Positions 1-7,929 of a DNA stretch of 64,000 bases are shown here, piece by piece. The stretch lies in contig JBEIGD010000018.1 in assembly GCA_040382075.1 (NCBI GenBank), forward strand, positions 10,161 to 74,160, given 5' to 3'. Source of the stretch: Opitutaceae bacterium (lineage in GTDB: Bacteria; Verrucomicrobiota; Verrucomicrobiia; Opitutales; Opitutaceae). Every line of letters begins with the position of its first letter. The stretch's first letter is position 1. The position numbers and the translations under genes were made by a program. The notes under the pieces are model-generated. The model did not search any database. It was given only the letters and a program-made list of their open reading frames with translations, and was not told where the DNA came from.

Positions 1-380
1 TAGGCGTAGAGCGCATTCGGGGTGAGGCCGGTAAACTCAACGGAATGGTAGTGGGCCGGCCCGAGACTGCTCTCGAAGCGTACCGTCGCGGCCGGATGGT
101 CGGCGCCGCCGCCCTGGGGGCCATCTGAGGCAAGGGCAAGCTGCGCGAGGGCGCGCTTGACCTCGGTGGAGGTGCGCCATGTGACGGCTTGCGACGTCGC
201 CGGATCCCCGGACCACGTGAGGACGATGCGATCCGGCATGACGGTGGTGCGATGCAGATCGCCGAGCGGTATCGGCCGGGGCGGGTGATCGTGCGCCCCG
301 TCGTGCGCGCGCAGCGGGGAGGCGAGAAGGGCGAGAGCGATCGTGGCGGTGCGAAGGAGGGAACGCTGGGGTCCGAACAT
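1..380 (-). CDS. Secreted metallophosphoesterase / purple-acid-phosphatase-like protein, N-terminal part only (3' end runs off the window)
   Basis: Not in the ORF track because it is open at the window edge. My own reverse-strand translation from the ATG at 378-380 gives MFGPQRSLLRTATIALALLASPLRAHDG...DRIVLTWSGDPATSQAVTWRTS...GPAHYHSVEFTGLTPNALYA. It has a signal peptide plus the pattern typical of the PAP N-terminal domain. Confidence 0.5.
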   Translation of the reverse strand, partial: MFGPQRSLLRTATIALALLASPLRAHDGAHDHPPRPIPLGDLHRTTVMPDRIVLTWSGDPATSQAVTWRTSTEVKRALAQLALASDGPQGGGADHPAATVRFESSLGPAHYHSVEFTGLTPNALYA

Positions 381-477
381 GGGAGAGAGGGATGGAAAAG
401 GAGAGATTATTGGAGCGATCTCGCAGGGCAGCCCGACGCTGAGTCGAGGGGGTGCTGCTGAAAGGGTAGCGCAGCGG

Positions 478-1530
478 TCATCGCGGAGAGTTTACCGCCG
501 AACCCGGCGTGAGGCCGGGCGGGACGACGCGGTCGAGGTAGCGGACTGCCGCGTCGGGTTGATCGATGAAGACGCCGTCGGCGTGGGCGACACCGAGTGT
601 GAGGTGAAGCAAGGCATCGATGTTCGGAATCCCGGGCGGCAGTGCATCGGCGCGCAGCGTGTAGGGGTGAACGACAAGCCCGGCGCGGTGGGCTCGTTCA
701 ATCAAAGGCGTGGCGACGGCGGTCCCCTCCGGCCCGCGCTGCAGGATCTGGCCGAGGTGCGGCCCGATGCCGATCGCGTACGATGCCACGTTGCGCAAAC
801 CCTCCTCCGTCTGGAGGGCATCGTAGTCGGCGGATGATTCCTTCCAGGAATTGTCCCCCAGCAACTGGACCAGCCGGAGCTCGGTATGATGGACCGTGCG
901 CAGCGCGCGCAGGGCGGCGGGGTCGAAGCATTGCACGAAGACGGGATCCTCGCGCCGGGTGAATCCATGGCGGCGGAGTTCGTCGAGCAAGGCCGCGCCC
1001 AGATCGCGACCCTCGGCCGCGTGCCATGCCGGATCCTTGAACTCCACGTAAATGCCGGTCTGGCGGCCGGTGGACCGGTTCAGGCCGCGGATCAATTCGA
1101 TCTGTTCGCCGAGCGTGCAGAGACGGAAGGTGCTGTTCGCCTGTTGGGGGAAGCGGACCGGGAAGACCGGTTGGCCGGTGCGCGGGTTGACGCGCTCACG
1201 GACCCGCAACTGGCGGAGCTCGTCCCAGGAAAAATCGATCGCGTACCACTGGCCATCGGCCCGCCGCCGTTCCGGGTGGCGGGTGGCGACGTCGGTCGTT
1301 CCCTCCAGGTGGATATCGTGGATGACCACGAGGACGCCGTCCTTGGAGAGAACCACGTCCTGCTCGATGAAATCGGCGCCGAGGGCGTGCGCATAGGCGG
1401 CGGACTCGAGGGTGTGCTCCGGCAGGTAGCCGGAGGCGCCGCGGTGGGCGATGACGATGGGGCGCGGCGCGGCAAGGGCCGGGAGGGCAAGGCCGGCGAG
1501 CGCGAGGAGGCAGCACAGGCGGTGGATCAT
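478..1530 (-). CDS. glpQ: Glycerophosphodiester phosphodiesterase (GDPD family), secreted
   Basis: Signal peptide MIHRLCCLLALAGLALPALAAP. GDPD motifs IVIAHRGASGYLPEHT and FIEQDVVLSKDGVLVVIHD. The start overlaps the phoD stop (ATGA at 1527-1530). Confidence 0.85.
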   Translation of the reverse strand: MIHRLCCLLALAGLALPALAAPRPIVIAHRGASGYLPEHTLESAAYAHALGADFIEQDVVLSKDGVLVVIHDIHLEGTTDVATRHPERRRADGQWYAIDFSWDELRQLRVRERVNPRTGQPVFPVRFPQQANSTFRLCTLGEQIELIRGLNRSTGRQTGIYVEFKDPAWHAAEGRDLGAALLDELRRHGFTRREDPVFVQCFDPAALRALRTVHHTELRLVQLLGDNSWKESSADYDALQTEEGLRNVASYAIGIGPHLGQILQRGPEGTAVATPLIERAHRAGLVVHPYTLRADALPPGIPNIDALLHLTLGVAHADGVFIDQPDAAVRYLDRVVPPGLTPGSAVNSPR

Positions 1531-3593
1531 GTCAGCGGGAAAGGTCGGGGGCCATCGACCTCGGGAGCGCGAAGCATGGGTGCCTCCTCGCCGGAACGCC
1601 AGAGTGGAAGCACGAAGCGGACGCGGCGGAGGACGTCCCCGCCCGCCTCGCCCCGCGGTTCGAGCGGCGGGCGGATGCCGATGAATTCGACGCGGGTGTC
1701 GGAAGCCGAGAAGCGGGCGATGCCGATTCCGTAGCCGGCGGTGTCGCAGTAGGCGAGGTGGCGGTTCTGTCGGGGATTGCGCTCGGCGGCGGCGGCGGCG
1801 AGATCGCCGGTGCGGGCGGCGGCGACCGCCGCGCGTGCGCCCCAGAGGAAGGTCGTGTTGAGGTTGGTGGTGGCGGCCTCGGTGCCTCCGAAAGGCCGGG
1901 CATCAAACGCCGTCAGAGGCCGCAGCGGGCTGTCCTTCGGCGTGTAGGCCAGGACGCCCTCCCAAACGCTCTGGGAACTGATGCCCGCGACGGCGAACTC
2001 CGCTCCAACCCAGCGGGGATGCTCGGCGTCGAAGTCAACGGCGAGGGAGCCGGCAAAGTGCGCGTGATGGTCACCGGTCAGGGAAACGAAGTTCGGAATG
2101 CGGTGCTCCGCGAGGAAACGAAGCAACTCGCCCCGCTCCGTTGGGTATCCGTCCCAGCAATCGGTGGTGAACGCGAGTTCGAGGCCCTTCTCCGGGTCCA
2201 AGTGATGAAGATCGAGCCGGAGCGGAAGCAGCGGCACCGAGTTGCCCCAGACCTTCCACGTTGCGTTGCTTCGGCGGACGGTCTCCTTGAACCACGTCTT
2301 CTGCTCGCGGCCGAGGATGGTTCCCGGGGGCGAGTCCCGCCGCGGGTTCGGCACGGCGCGCGCACCGAGGGAAACGCTCTCGGGCGGATTGCCGCCGGCG
2401 GCGGTGCGGCCCGCGTCGAGCGCTCGCACGAGGGCGACGGGGGTGACGTAGCGGGCGGATCCGGAGATCTGGACGTTGAGCTCTCCGGGGACCGGATGCT
2501 CGCTTCGGAACGAACGGTTGTCCGTCACCACCAGTTCCACGTTTCGGCCCCAGCGGATGGAGCGGGCGATCCCGAGAGACGCCACGGCGGCGAGATTGTT
2601 CGGCTCCTGATCGAGCCCGTGGTCGTCGACCCGGCCGCTGAGCGGAGCGTCTTGGGCCTCCGTAATGCGGAAGTCGTGGGCGGGGCGTGGCGGCGCGCCG
2701 GGCTCCGGCTTCGCGCTGAGGTCCGCCGGGATGTACTCGAACCACGCGCGATTGGCTGCGACCTTTCGCGCCTGCTCCGGCCGACCGGCGGGAACGTAGG
2801 TGGAGACGCTCTGCCAGCAATCATCCGAGAATTCGTGGTCGTCCCACGTCGTGACAAACGGCCAGCGGGCCCGCGCGGCGCGCAGATCGGGATCGGCGAG
2901 GTAGGTGCGGTACAGGAAGCGGTAGTCTTCGAGCGTCGTCGCGTGCACTCCAGCCAGTCCCCCGGGGGTCTCGCCTCCGCCGCTGGGGAGCCCGGCGATC
3001 GGTCGGACCGAACCGTAGCCCAGCGCTTCGTAAATGAAATCCCCGAGGTGGAGGACGAAGTCGATTTGCTCCTCCGGACCCGCGGAGGCCTCATCGTTGA
3101 TCAAGGTGCGCCACGCATGGTAGTAGCCACCCTCGTACGATTGGCAGGAGGCGAAGGCGATCCGCGCGGGACGATCCGCTGAGGGCAGAGGCGCTGTCCG
3201 CGTGCGACCGGGCGGATTCGTCACGTCGGCGCCCGCGCGGAACCGGTAGTGGTAGCGTGTGTCGGGCGAGAGTCCTTCGACCAGCACCCGCACCGTGAAA
3301 TCCGTGGCGGCGGTCGCGATGAGCCGCTCCTCGGCGACGACCCGCGCGAAGTCCTCCGTCGGGGAGACTTGGAGGACGAGCGGGACCGGGTCGACGCTCC
3401 CCGAGGTGGACTCCACGCGGGTCCACAGCACGACGGTGGACGGGGTGGGGTCGCCGGACGCAAGTCCTTGGGGAAAGTGATGCCGACCGGCCGCCGAGGA
3501 GGCGTGGAGCCGGGGTGGGAAGGGCGCGGCGCTGGCGAGGGCGAAACAACCGGCCCCCCGCAGGAAGGTGGCAACGAAGTCGCGGCGGTCCAT
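1527..3593 (-). CDS. phoD: Alkaline phosphatase D family (PhoD), Tat-exported
   Basis: Twin-arginine motif DRRDFVATFL. PhoD N-terminal signature FPQGLASGDPTPSTVVLWTRV. Metallophosphatase motif TTWDDHEFSDD. Confidence 0.85.
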   Translation of the reverse strand: MDRRDFVATFLRGAGCFALASAAPFPPRLHASSAAGRHHFPQGLASGDPTPSTVVLWTRVESTSGSVDPVPLVLQVSPTEDFARVVAEERLIATAATDFTVRVLVEGLSPDTRYHYRFRAGADVTNPPGRTRTAPLPSADRPARIAFASCQSYEGGYYHAWRTLINDEASAGPEEQIDFVLHLGDFIYEALGYGSVRPIAGLPSGGGETPGGLAGVHATTLEDYRFLYRTYLADPDLRAARARWPFVTTWDDHEFSDDCWQSVSTYVPAGRPEQARKVAANRAWFEYIPADLSAKPEPGAPPRPAHDFRITEAQDAPLSGRVDDHGLDQEPNNLAAVASLGIARSIRWGRNVELVVTDNRSFRSEHPVPGELNVQISGSARYVTPVALVRALDAGRTAAGGNPPESVSLGARAVPNPRRDSPPGTILGREQKTWFKETVRRSNATWKVWGNSVPLLPLRLDLHHLDPEKGLELAFTTDCWDGYPTERGELLRFLAEHRIPNFVSLTGDHHAHFAGSLAVDFDAEHPRWVGAEFAVAGISSQSVWEGVLAYTPKDSPLRPLTAFDARPFGGTEAATTNLNTTFLWGARAAVAAARTGDLAAAAAERNPRQNRHLAYCDTAGYGIGIARFSASDTRVEFIGIRPPLEPRGEAGGDVLRRVRFVLPLWRSGEEAPMLRAPEVDGPRPFPLT

Positions 3594-3601
3594 GGCGGTC
3601 C

Positions 3602-5911
3602 TCAGAATCGCCGGGTCAGGCTGAGCCCGAAGAGACGGGGATCGCCGGCGACGAAGGTGGGGATCCCGAAGGCCCCGCCGGTGTTGCCGGCATCGATGAT
3701 GAATTCCTCGTCGAGGGCGTTCTCGACGAAGCCCGAGATCTCCCAGCGCGTATCCGGAAGCCGGAGGGAGGCCCGGAGGTTCAGGACGCCGTAGCCATCT
3801 TGGCTGAGCAGCCCGCCGAAGTTGGCGTTGTTGTCATCGAAGAAATGGCGGGACTTGTACAGCCACGCCGGGGTGAGGGCGAGGCGGCCGAGGGATCCAG
3901 CGTCGAGGCTGAGCGTGCCGCCGACCGAGAAGGTGTGGCGGGAAGTGAGGCGGAAACGAAAGCCGGCGAACTGCTGGCGGCGCCCGTTGTCATCGGTCGC
4001 GTCAAAGGTCGCGTCGGTGTATCCGTAGGTCGCGAAGATCGAGAGCGCATCCGATACGGCCCCTTGGACGCCCGCCTCCACGCCCTGCCCGGTGGCGTTG
4101 CCGGCATCGACGGTCAGCGTGAGGGGTGGCGGCGTGGGATTGACGATCGTGCTCTGGAAATTCGAGTAGTCATAGCGGAACGCGGAGAGGTTCCAGTTGA
4201 TTCGGCCGCCGCTCAGCGCCCCCTTGAGTCCGGCCTCATAGTTCCAGACGATTTCCTCGGCTAACTCGACGGGGACGTAGCGACCGCCCACGAAGTTGAT
4301 CAGCAGCGTGTCCGGACGGCGGCCGCGGGACGCGGTGGCGAACGCGCTGAGGGTGGGGCTGATGCGGTAGCGCGCGGCGAGGCGGGCCACCCAAGAGGAG
4401 TAGTCGCGCTCGGCTTCGATCAGGCCGTTGGTGGGCGGGAACAGCGCGTTGGGAAAGTTCGCCGCGGCGATCGGGAAACCGGCCGGGGTCAACGCATTGA
4501 TGACGCGGTAGCCGGAGGTGATCGACTCGGAGGTCAGGCGGAGACCGGCGGTCAATTCCAGCGCCTCCGTGAGCCGGTAGGTCCCGTCGGCGAAGGCGTC
4601 CCACGCGCGGGTCGCGCCGGTCTGGACGTATTCCTCGCGGTTGTAGGGGCGGAGCGGCGCCCCGGTGAGGGGATTGTTCGTCACGCCGGTGAACGGTGAG
4701 CCGTCGGGGCCGAACACCGGCACGCCGTTGCCACGCAGAAAGAAGGCGGCGAACTGGCGCTCATCGGTGTAAAATGGCACGCGTGCGCTGCCTGACTCAT
4801 CGAAGAAGCTCGCTCCGGCGAAACCGGTGAAGTTTCCGCCGGTGTCGAAGTCGAGCCGCAGTTCCTGGCTGAATTGGTCGCCCTGGTAATCCTCGGCGAA
4901 CTCGAGCATGAACAGCCGGGTGCCGTCGGCGTCGAACGCCTCGAACGAGTCGAAGTCGCGCCAGCCGGTGATGCTCGTGAGCGTGAGCGCGGTGTTGAGG
5001 TCGTGGGTCACGATGCCGGTGACGCCGAGGACGGTGCGATCGATGTAGAGACCCCTGCCCCGGTTGAGCTCAGCCGTTCCGAACGGACGGGTGTCCCCGC
5101 CCCGCGGCGCGAACGTCCCGCTCTTGAAGGAGGTGCCGGGCGGATTGTCACGCTGGTAGTTGACGATGAAATCGGCGGTGGTGCGCTCCCGCTTCCAGCG
5201 CAGGGAGGCGCGCAGCGCGGTGGTGTCCTTGCCGTTGAGGTCCGAGCCGTCCGCGACGTTGTCGATGGCGCCGTCGCGGGATACGGACGTGAACGCGACG
5301 CGGGCGAAGAGCTCGTTCTCGGTCACGGGGAGATTCACGTAGCCGGACGCCTCGATTCGCCCGAGATTGCCCACGCCGACGGTCAACGCCCCGGAGCGTT
5401 CGTTGCGCGGCTTGTTCTGGATGATCGAGATCGCCCCGATCTGGGCCCCGCGCCCGAAGAGGGTGCCCTGCGGGCCCTTCAGCACCTCGACGCGCTCAAG
5501 GTCGAAGAGCTCGACCACGCTGCCCCGCGAGCGACTGATCGAGACACCGTCCTGGAAGACCGAGACGCGGGTCTCCTGCCGGGGATCACCGCTGTCGGTC
5601 GTGACGCCGCGGACGTTGAGCCCGGGGTTGTTCGGTGACTGCTCCTGAATGAAGAGCCCCGGTACGAATGGGGCGAGGTCCTTGTACGAGCTCACTCCGG
5701 CGCGGCGGAGGAAGTCTCCCGAGTACGCATTGACCGCGATCGGCACGTCTTGGATGGCCTGCACCCGCTTCTGCGAGGTGACTTCGAAACGTTCGAGTTG
5801 GATGACCTCCGGTGCGTTGGTCGCGGGAGTGGTCTGGGCAATGATCGGGCTGATCGCGGTGAGAGCCGGCGAGAGGAGCAGGAGGAGGGAGCGGCAGCGG
5901 AGCGTGGGCAT
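3602..5911 (-). CDS. TonB-dependent receptor
   Basis: Start chosen at the internal ATG (5909-5911), giving MPTLRCRSLLLLLSPALTAISPIIAQ. The longer track ORF overlaps the upstream gene. Plug-domain motifs (VTSQKR...IQDVPIAV, LERVEVLKGPQGTLFGRGA) and a C-terminal aromatic residue (...SLTRRF). Confidence 0.85.
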   Translation of the reverse strand: MPTLRCRSLLLLLSPALTAISPIIAQTTPATNAPEVIQLERFEVTSQKRVQAIQDVPIAVNAYSGDFLRRAGVSSYKDLAPFVPGLFIQEQSPNNPGLNVRGVTTDSGDPRQETRVSVFQDGVSISRSRGSVVELFDLERVEVLKGPQGTLFGRGAQIGAISIIQNKPRNERSGALTVGVGNLGRIEASGYVNLPVTENELFARVAFTSVSRDGAIDNVADGSDLNGKDTTALRASLRWKRERTTADFIVNYQRDNPPGTSFKSGTFAPRGGDTRPFGTAELNRGRGLYIDRTVLGVTGIVTHDLNTALTLTSITGWRDFDSFEAFDADGTRLFMLEFAEDYQGDQFSQELRLDFDTGGNFTGFAGASFFDESGSARVPFYTDERQFAAFFLRGNGVPVFGPDGSPFTGVTNNPLTGAPLRPYNREEYVQTGATRAWDAFADGTYRLTEALELTAGLRLTSESITSGYRVINALTPAGFPIAAANFPNALFPPTNGLIEAERDYSSWVARLAARYRISPTLSAFATASRGRRPDTLLINFVGGRYVPVELAEEIVWNYEAGLKGALSGGRINWNLSAFRYDYSNFQSTIVNPTPPPLTLTVDAGNATGQGVEAGVQGAVSDALSIFATYGYTDATFDATDDNGRRQQFAGFRFRLTSRHTFSVGGTLSLDAGSLGRLALTPAWLYKSRHFFDDNNANFGGLLSQDGYGVLNLRASLRLPDTRWEISGFVENALDEEFIIDAGNTGGAFGIPTFVAGDPRLFGLSLTRRF

Positions 5912-6074
5912 GAGTGGTGGGAGTGGAGGCACCCTGCCGATGCGCATCCCTTCCCACCGGGTCAAGCGGGCGGGCGGTCCGTCACCCCGAGTTCGCTTGG
6001 CCGTCGCGCAGTGGTCACCGGAACCACCTGAAACACCCAAAACCGCGGGCCAAGCGCCACCCGCGCGCCCGGCG

Positions 6075-7628
6075 CTACCGGCGCGGGCGCCCGGGTTCTG
6101 GGAGCGCCCGGGCTTCGGGCGAAGCGCGGTCCTGCTCGAGCGCTGCGATCCGCGCGGCGGGCGTCTCGCCGGCGCTTCCGATCGCTCGGAGGTAGGCGAC
6201 CACGGCGTCGGTGAAACTGAGATCGATGGGCCGCACGACGGCGCGCGCAGCGGAGCCGAGCGCATCCCCGGGCTCCGTTGCGGCGCGCCGAGCGGCGAGG
6301 CGAAGGAAACGGGTTTCCCACTCAAGCTGCGCCATGACGACGCGATAGGTCCGCTCCGGATCGAGGTCGGTGCGGGTGATTCCGGAAGCGCCCTCCGTTG
6401 TCCGCCAGCGTCGGAAGCCGGCCCAGGAAGGAGGCTCGCGCTGGATCCGCTCCAATGCGTCGGCGTAGGCGGCGATCTGGGCACCGGTGAGGCGGACCTC
6501 GACGATGACGGCGCCGCGCTGGCCACCTGCCTTGAACACGTCGTTCACGTTGATTGAGCCGACGGGAAGGACGTTGCGGATGATCTGGTGACGGTGGCAG
6601 AAGGCGACGTCGGCGCCGCCCGCGACCCGCAGCGCCTCGGCCCCGAGCGTGGCGACCGCGAAGGCATCGACCTCCGTGAGATTTTCGACAACGAAGTCAT
6701 CGGCCTCCGGAGCAACCTCCTGCTCCCGTTCCGTCACCCACGCCAGCATTTCGGCGTCGACCGGCACCTCGCCGTGGGTCATCTGCACGAGCCGGCCCGA
6801 GTGGGAGACCACGCGCCGGCTTGCAGGATCGACCTCCAGTTCGAGCCAGCCGACCCAGCGGGCGTAGCTGCCGGCCTGCACGATGATCGCGCCGGTCTCG
6901 GGTACGATCATGGGCTCGTTGAGGACGCGGTGGGAGTGACCGCTGACGAAGACCTGCACGTCCGGGGCGGCGCGGGACCACTGGGCGCACTTGCTCTCCG
7001 ATTCATGACACAGCGCGATCACAACGTGGGCGCCGAGCGCGCGGAGCCGGGCGGATTCGGCGGCGAGGGCGCGGCCGGAGGCGGCGAAGTCGAGGCCGCC
7101 GACTTCGGTCGGACGCGGCGTGAGGAGCCCGATGACGCCGACGTGGAGTCCAGCCTTCACGAAGAGCCGGGACCCGGCGAAGAGCGGCGCATCGCCCGGT
7201 CCCCGCACGTTGAGACAGACCAACGGCTGGCCGAGGGCGCGTTCGAACGCGCGCAGCTGCGACAACGGCAGATCATCGAAGTCATGGTTCCCCGGAGTCA
7301 CGGCATCGTAGCCGATCCGGCGCATCGCCTCGAAGGTCATGACCCCCTGTGTGCGGAAACCGACGAGGTCCCCCTTTTCCGTGACATCCCCGGCATCGAG
7401 CAGCAGGACATCGGGATGCTGGGTCCGGACGGAGCGGATGAATCCGGAGACGTAGGGCAGACCTCCGACTCCGCCCGGTCCGGCGCGCAAGTGATCGTGG
7501 TGATCGTTGGTGTGCAGGATGAGAAGCCGCGTGGTCTCGCCGGCACTCAATCGGAGGACGAGGGAGCTAGGGAGGAGGAGCGCGCCAACCAGCAGGAGGC
7601 GCCACACGGGGGAGAAACGCAGGGACAT
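6075..7628 (-). CDS. Secreted 5'-nucleotidase / bifunctional metallophosphatase (UshA-like)
   Basis: Signal peptide. Calcineurin-like motifs ILHTNDHHDH, LLLDAGD, GNHDFD and SGHSH. A C-terminal 5'-nucleotidase-type domain. Confidence 0.75.
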   Translation of the reverse strand: MSLRFSPVWRLLLVGALLLPSSLVLRLSAGETTRLLILHTNDHHDHLRAGPGGVGGLPYVSGFIRSVRTQHPDVLLLDAGDVTEKGDLVGFRTQGVMTFEAMRRIGYDAVTPGNHDFDDLPLSQLRAFERALGQPLVCLNVRGPGDAPLFAGSRLFVKAGLHVGVIGLLTPRPTEVGGLDFAASGRALAAESARLRALGAHVVIALCHESESKCAQWSRAAPDVQVFVSGHSHRVLNEPMIVPETGAIIVQAGSYARWVGWLELEVDPASRRVVSHSGRLVQMTHGEVPVDAEMLAWVTEREQEVAPEADDFVVENLTEVDAFAVATLGAEALRVAGGADVAFCHRHQIIRNVLPVGSINVNDVFKAGGQRGAVIVEVRLTGAQIAAYADALERIQREPPSWAGFRRWRTTEGASGITRTDLDPERTYRVVMAQLEWETRFLRLAARRAATEPGDALGSAARAVVRPIDLSFTDAVVAYLRAIGSAGETPAARIAALEQDRASPEARALPEPGRPRR

Positions 7629-7853
7629 GGACCGTCAGCACACGCCGCCCCGTCCCGCGGACAAGGATGGAATATGCAAAAATAGCGTCACGAAGCCGGG
7701 CGTGACGGCAGTGTCACGCCGCGGCGACGGCGAGCGCGCAGACGTGGGCGACGACTGCGGGATGCTGTTGAGCGACGGTGAGGAGCGAGGCCCGCTCCTC
7801 CCACGGCGACTGAACTCGCCGTGCCGCGCGGAGGAGTGCGGCGGAAACAAAGA

Positions 7854-7892
7854 CCGCAGGGAGCGTCCGTGGGAAAGGACGGGTCCCTGCGG
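7854..7892 (-). terminator. Candidate intrinsic terminator downstream of the TBDR at 7930-10926
   Basis: Nested inverted repeat CCGCAGGGA(7854-7862)...TCCCTGCGG(7884-7892) with an inner CGTCC/GGACG stem. On the minus strand it is followed by TCTTTGTTTCC. It lies about 40 nt after the stop codon. Confidence 0.45.
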
Positions 7893-7929
7893 CGGCTCGG
7901 CGGGGATGGTCTTGGACCGGGACGCGTCC

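Noticed and set aside
5912-6526. 205-codon N-terminal extension of the first TBDR in the ORF track (3602-6526).
   Set aside because: The extension is Ser/Pro/Arg-rich nonsense and overlaps the 3' end of the 5'-nucleotidase gene (6075-7628). An internal ATG at 5911 gives a normal signal peptide.
7685-7717. GCGTCAC ... CGTGAC ... GTGTCAC elements upstream of the 5'-nucleotidase gene considered as Pho boxes.
   Set aside because: The direct repeats are 26 bp apart, not the 11-bp phasing of PhoB boxes. The first two form a simple inverted repeat. Without a lineage-specific matrix this cannot be called.
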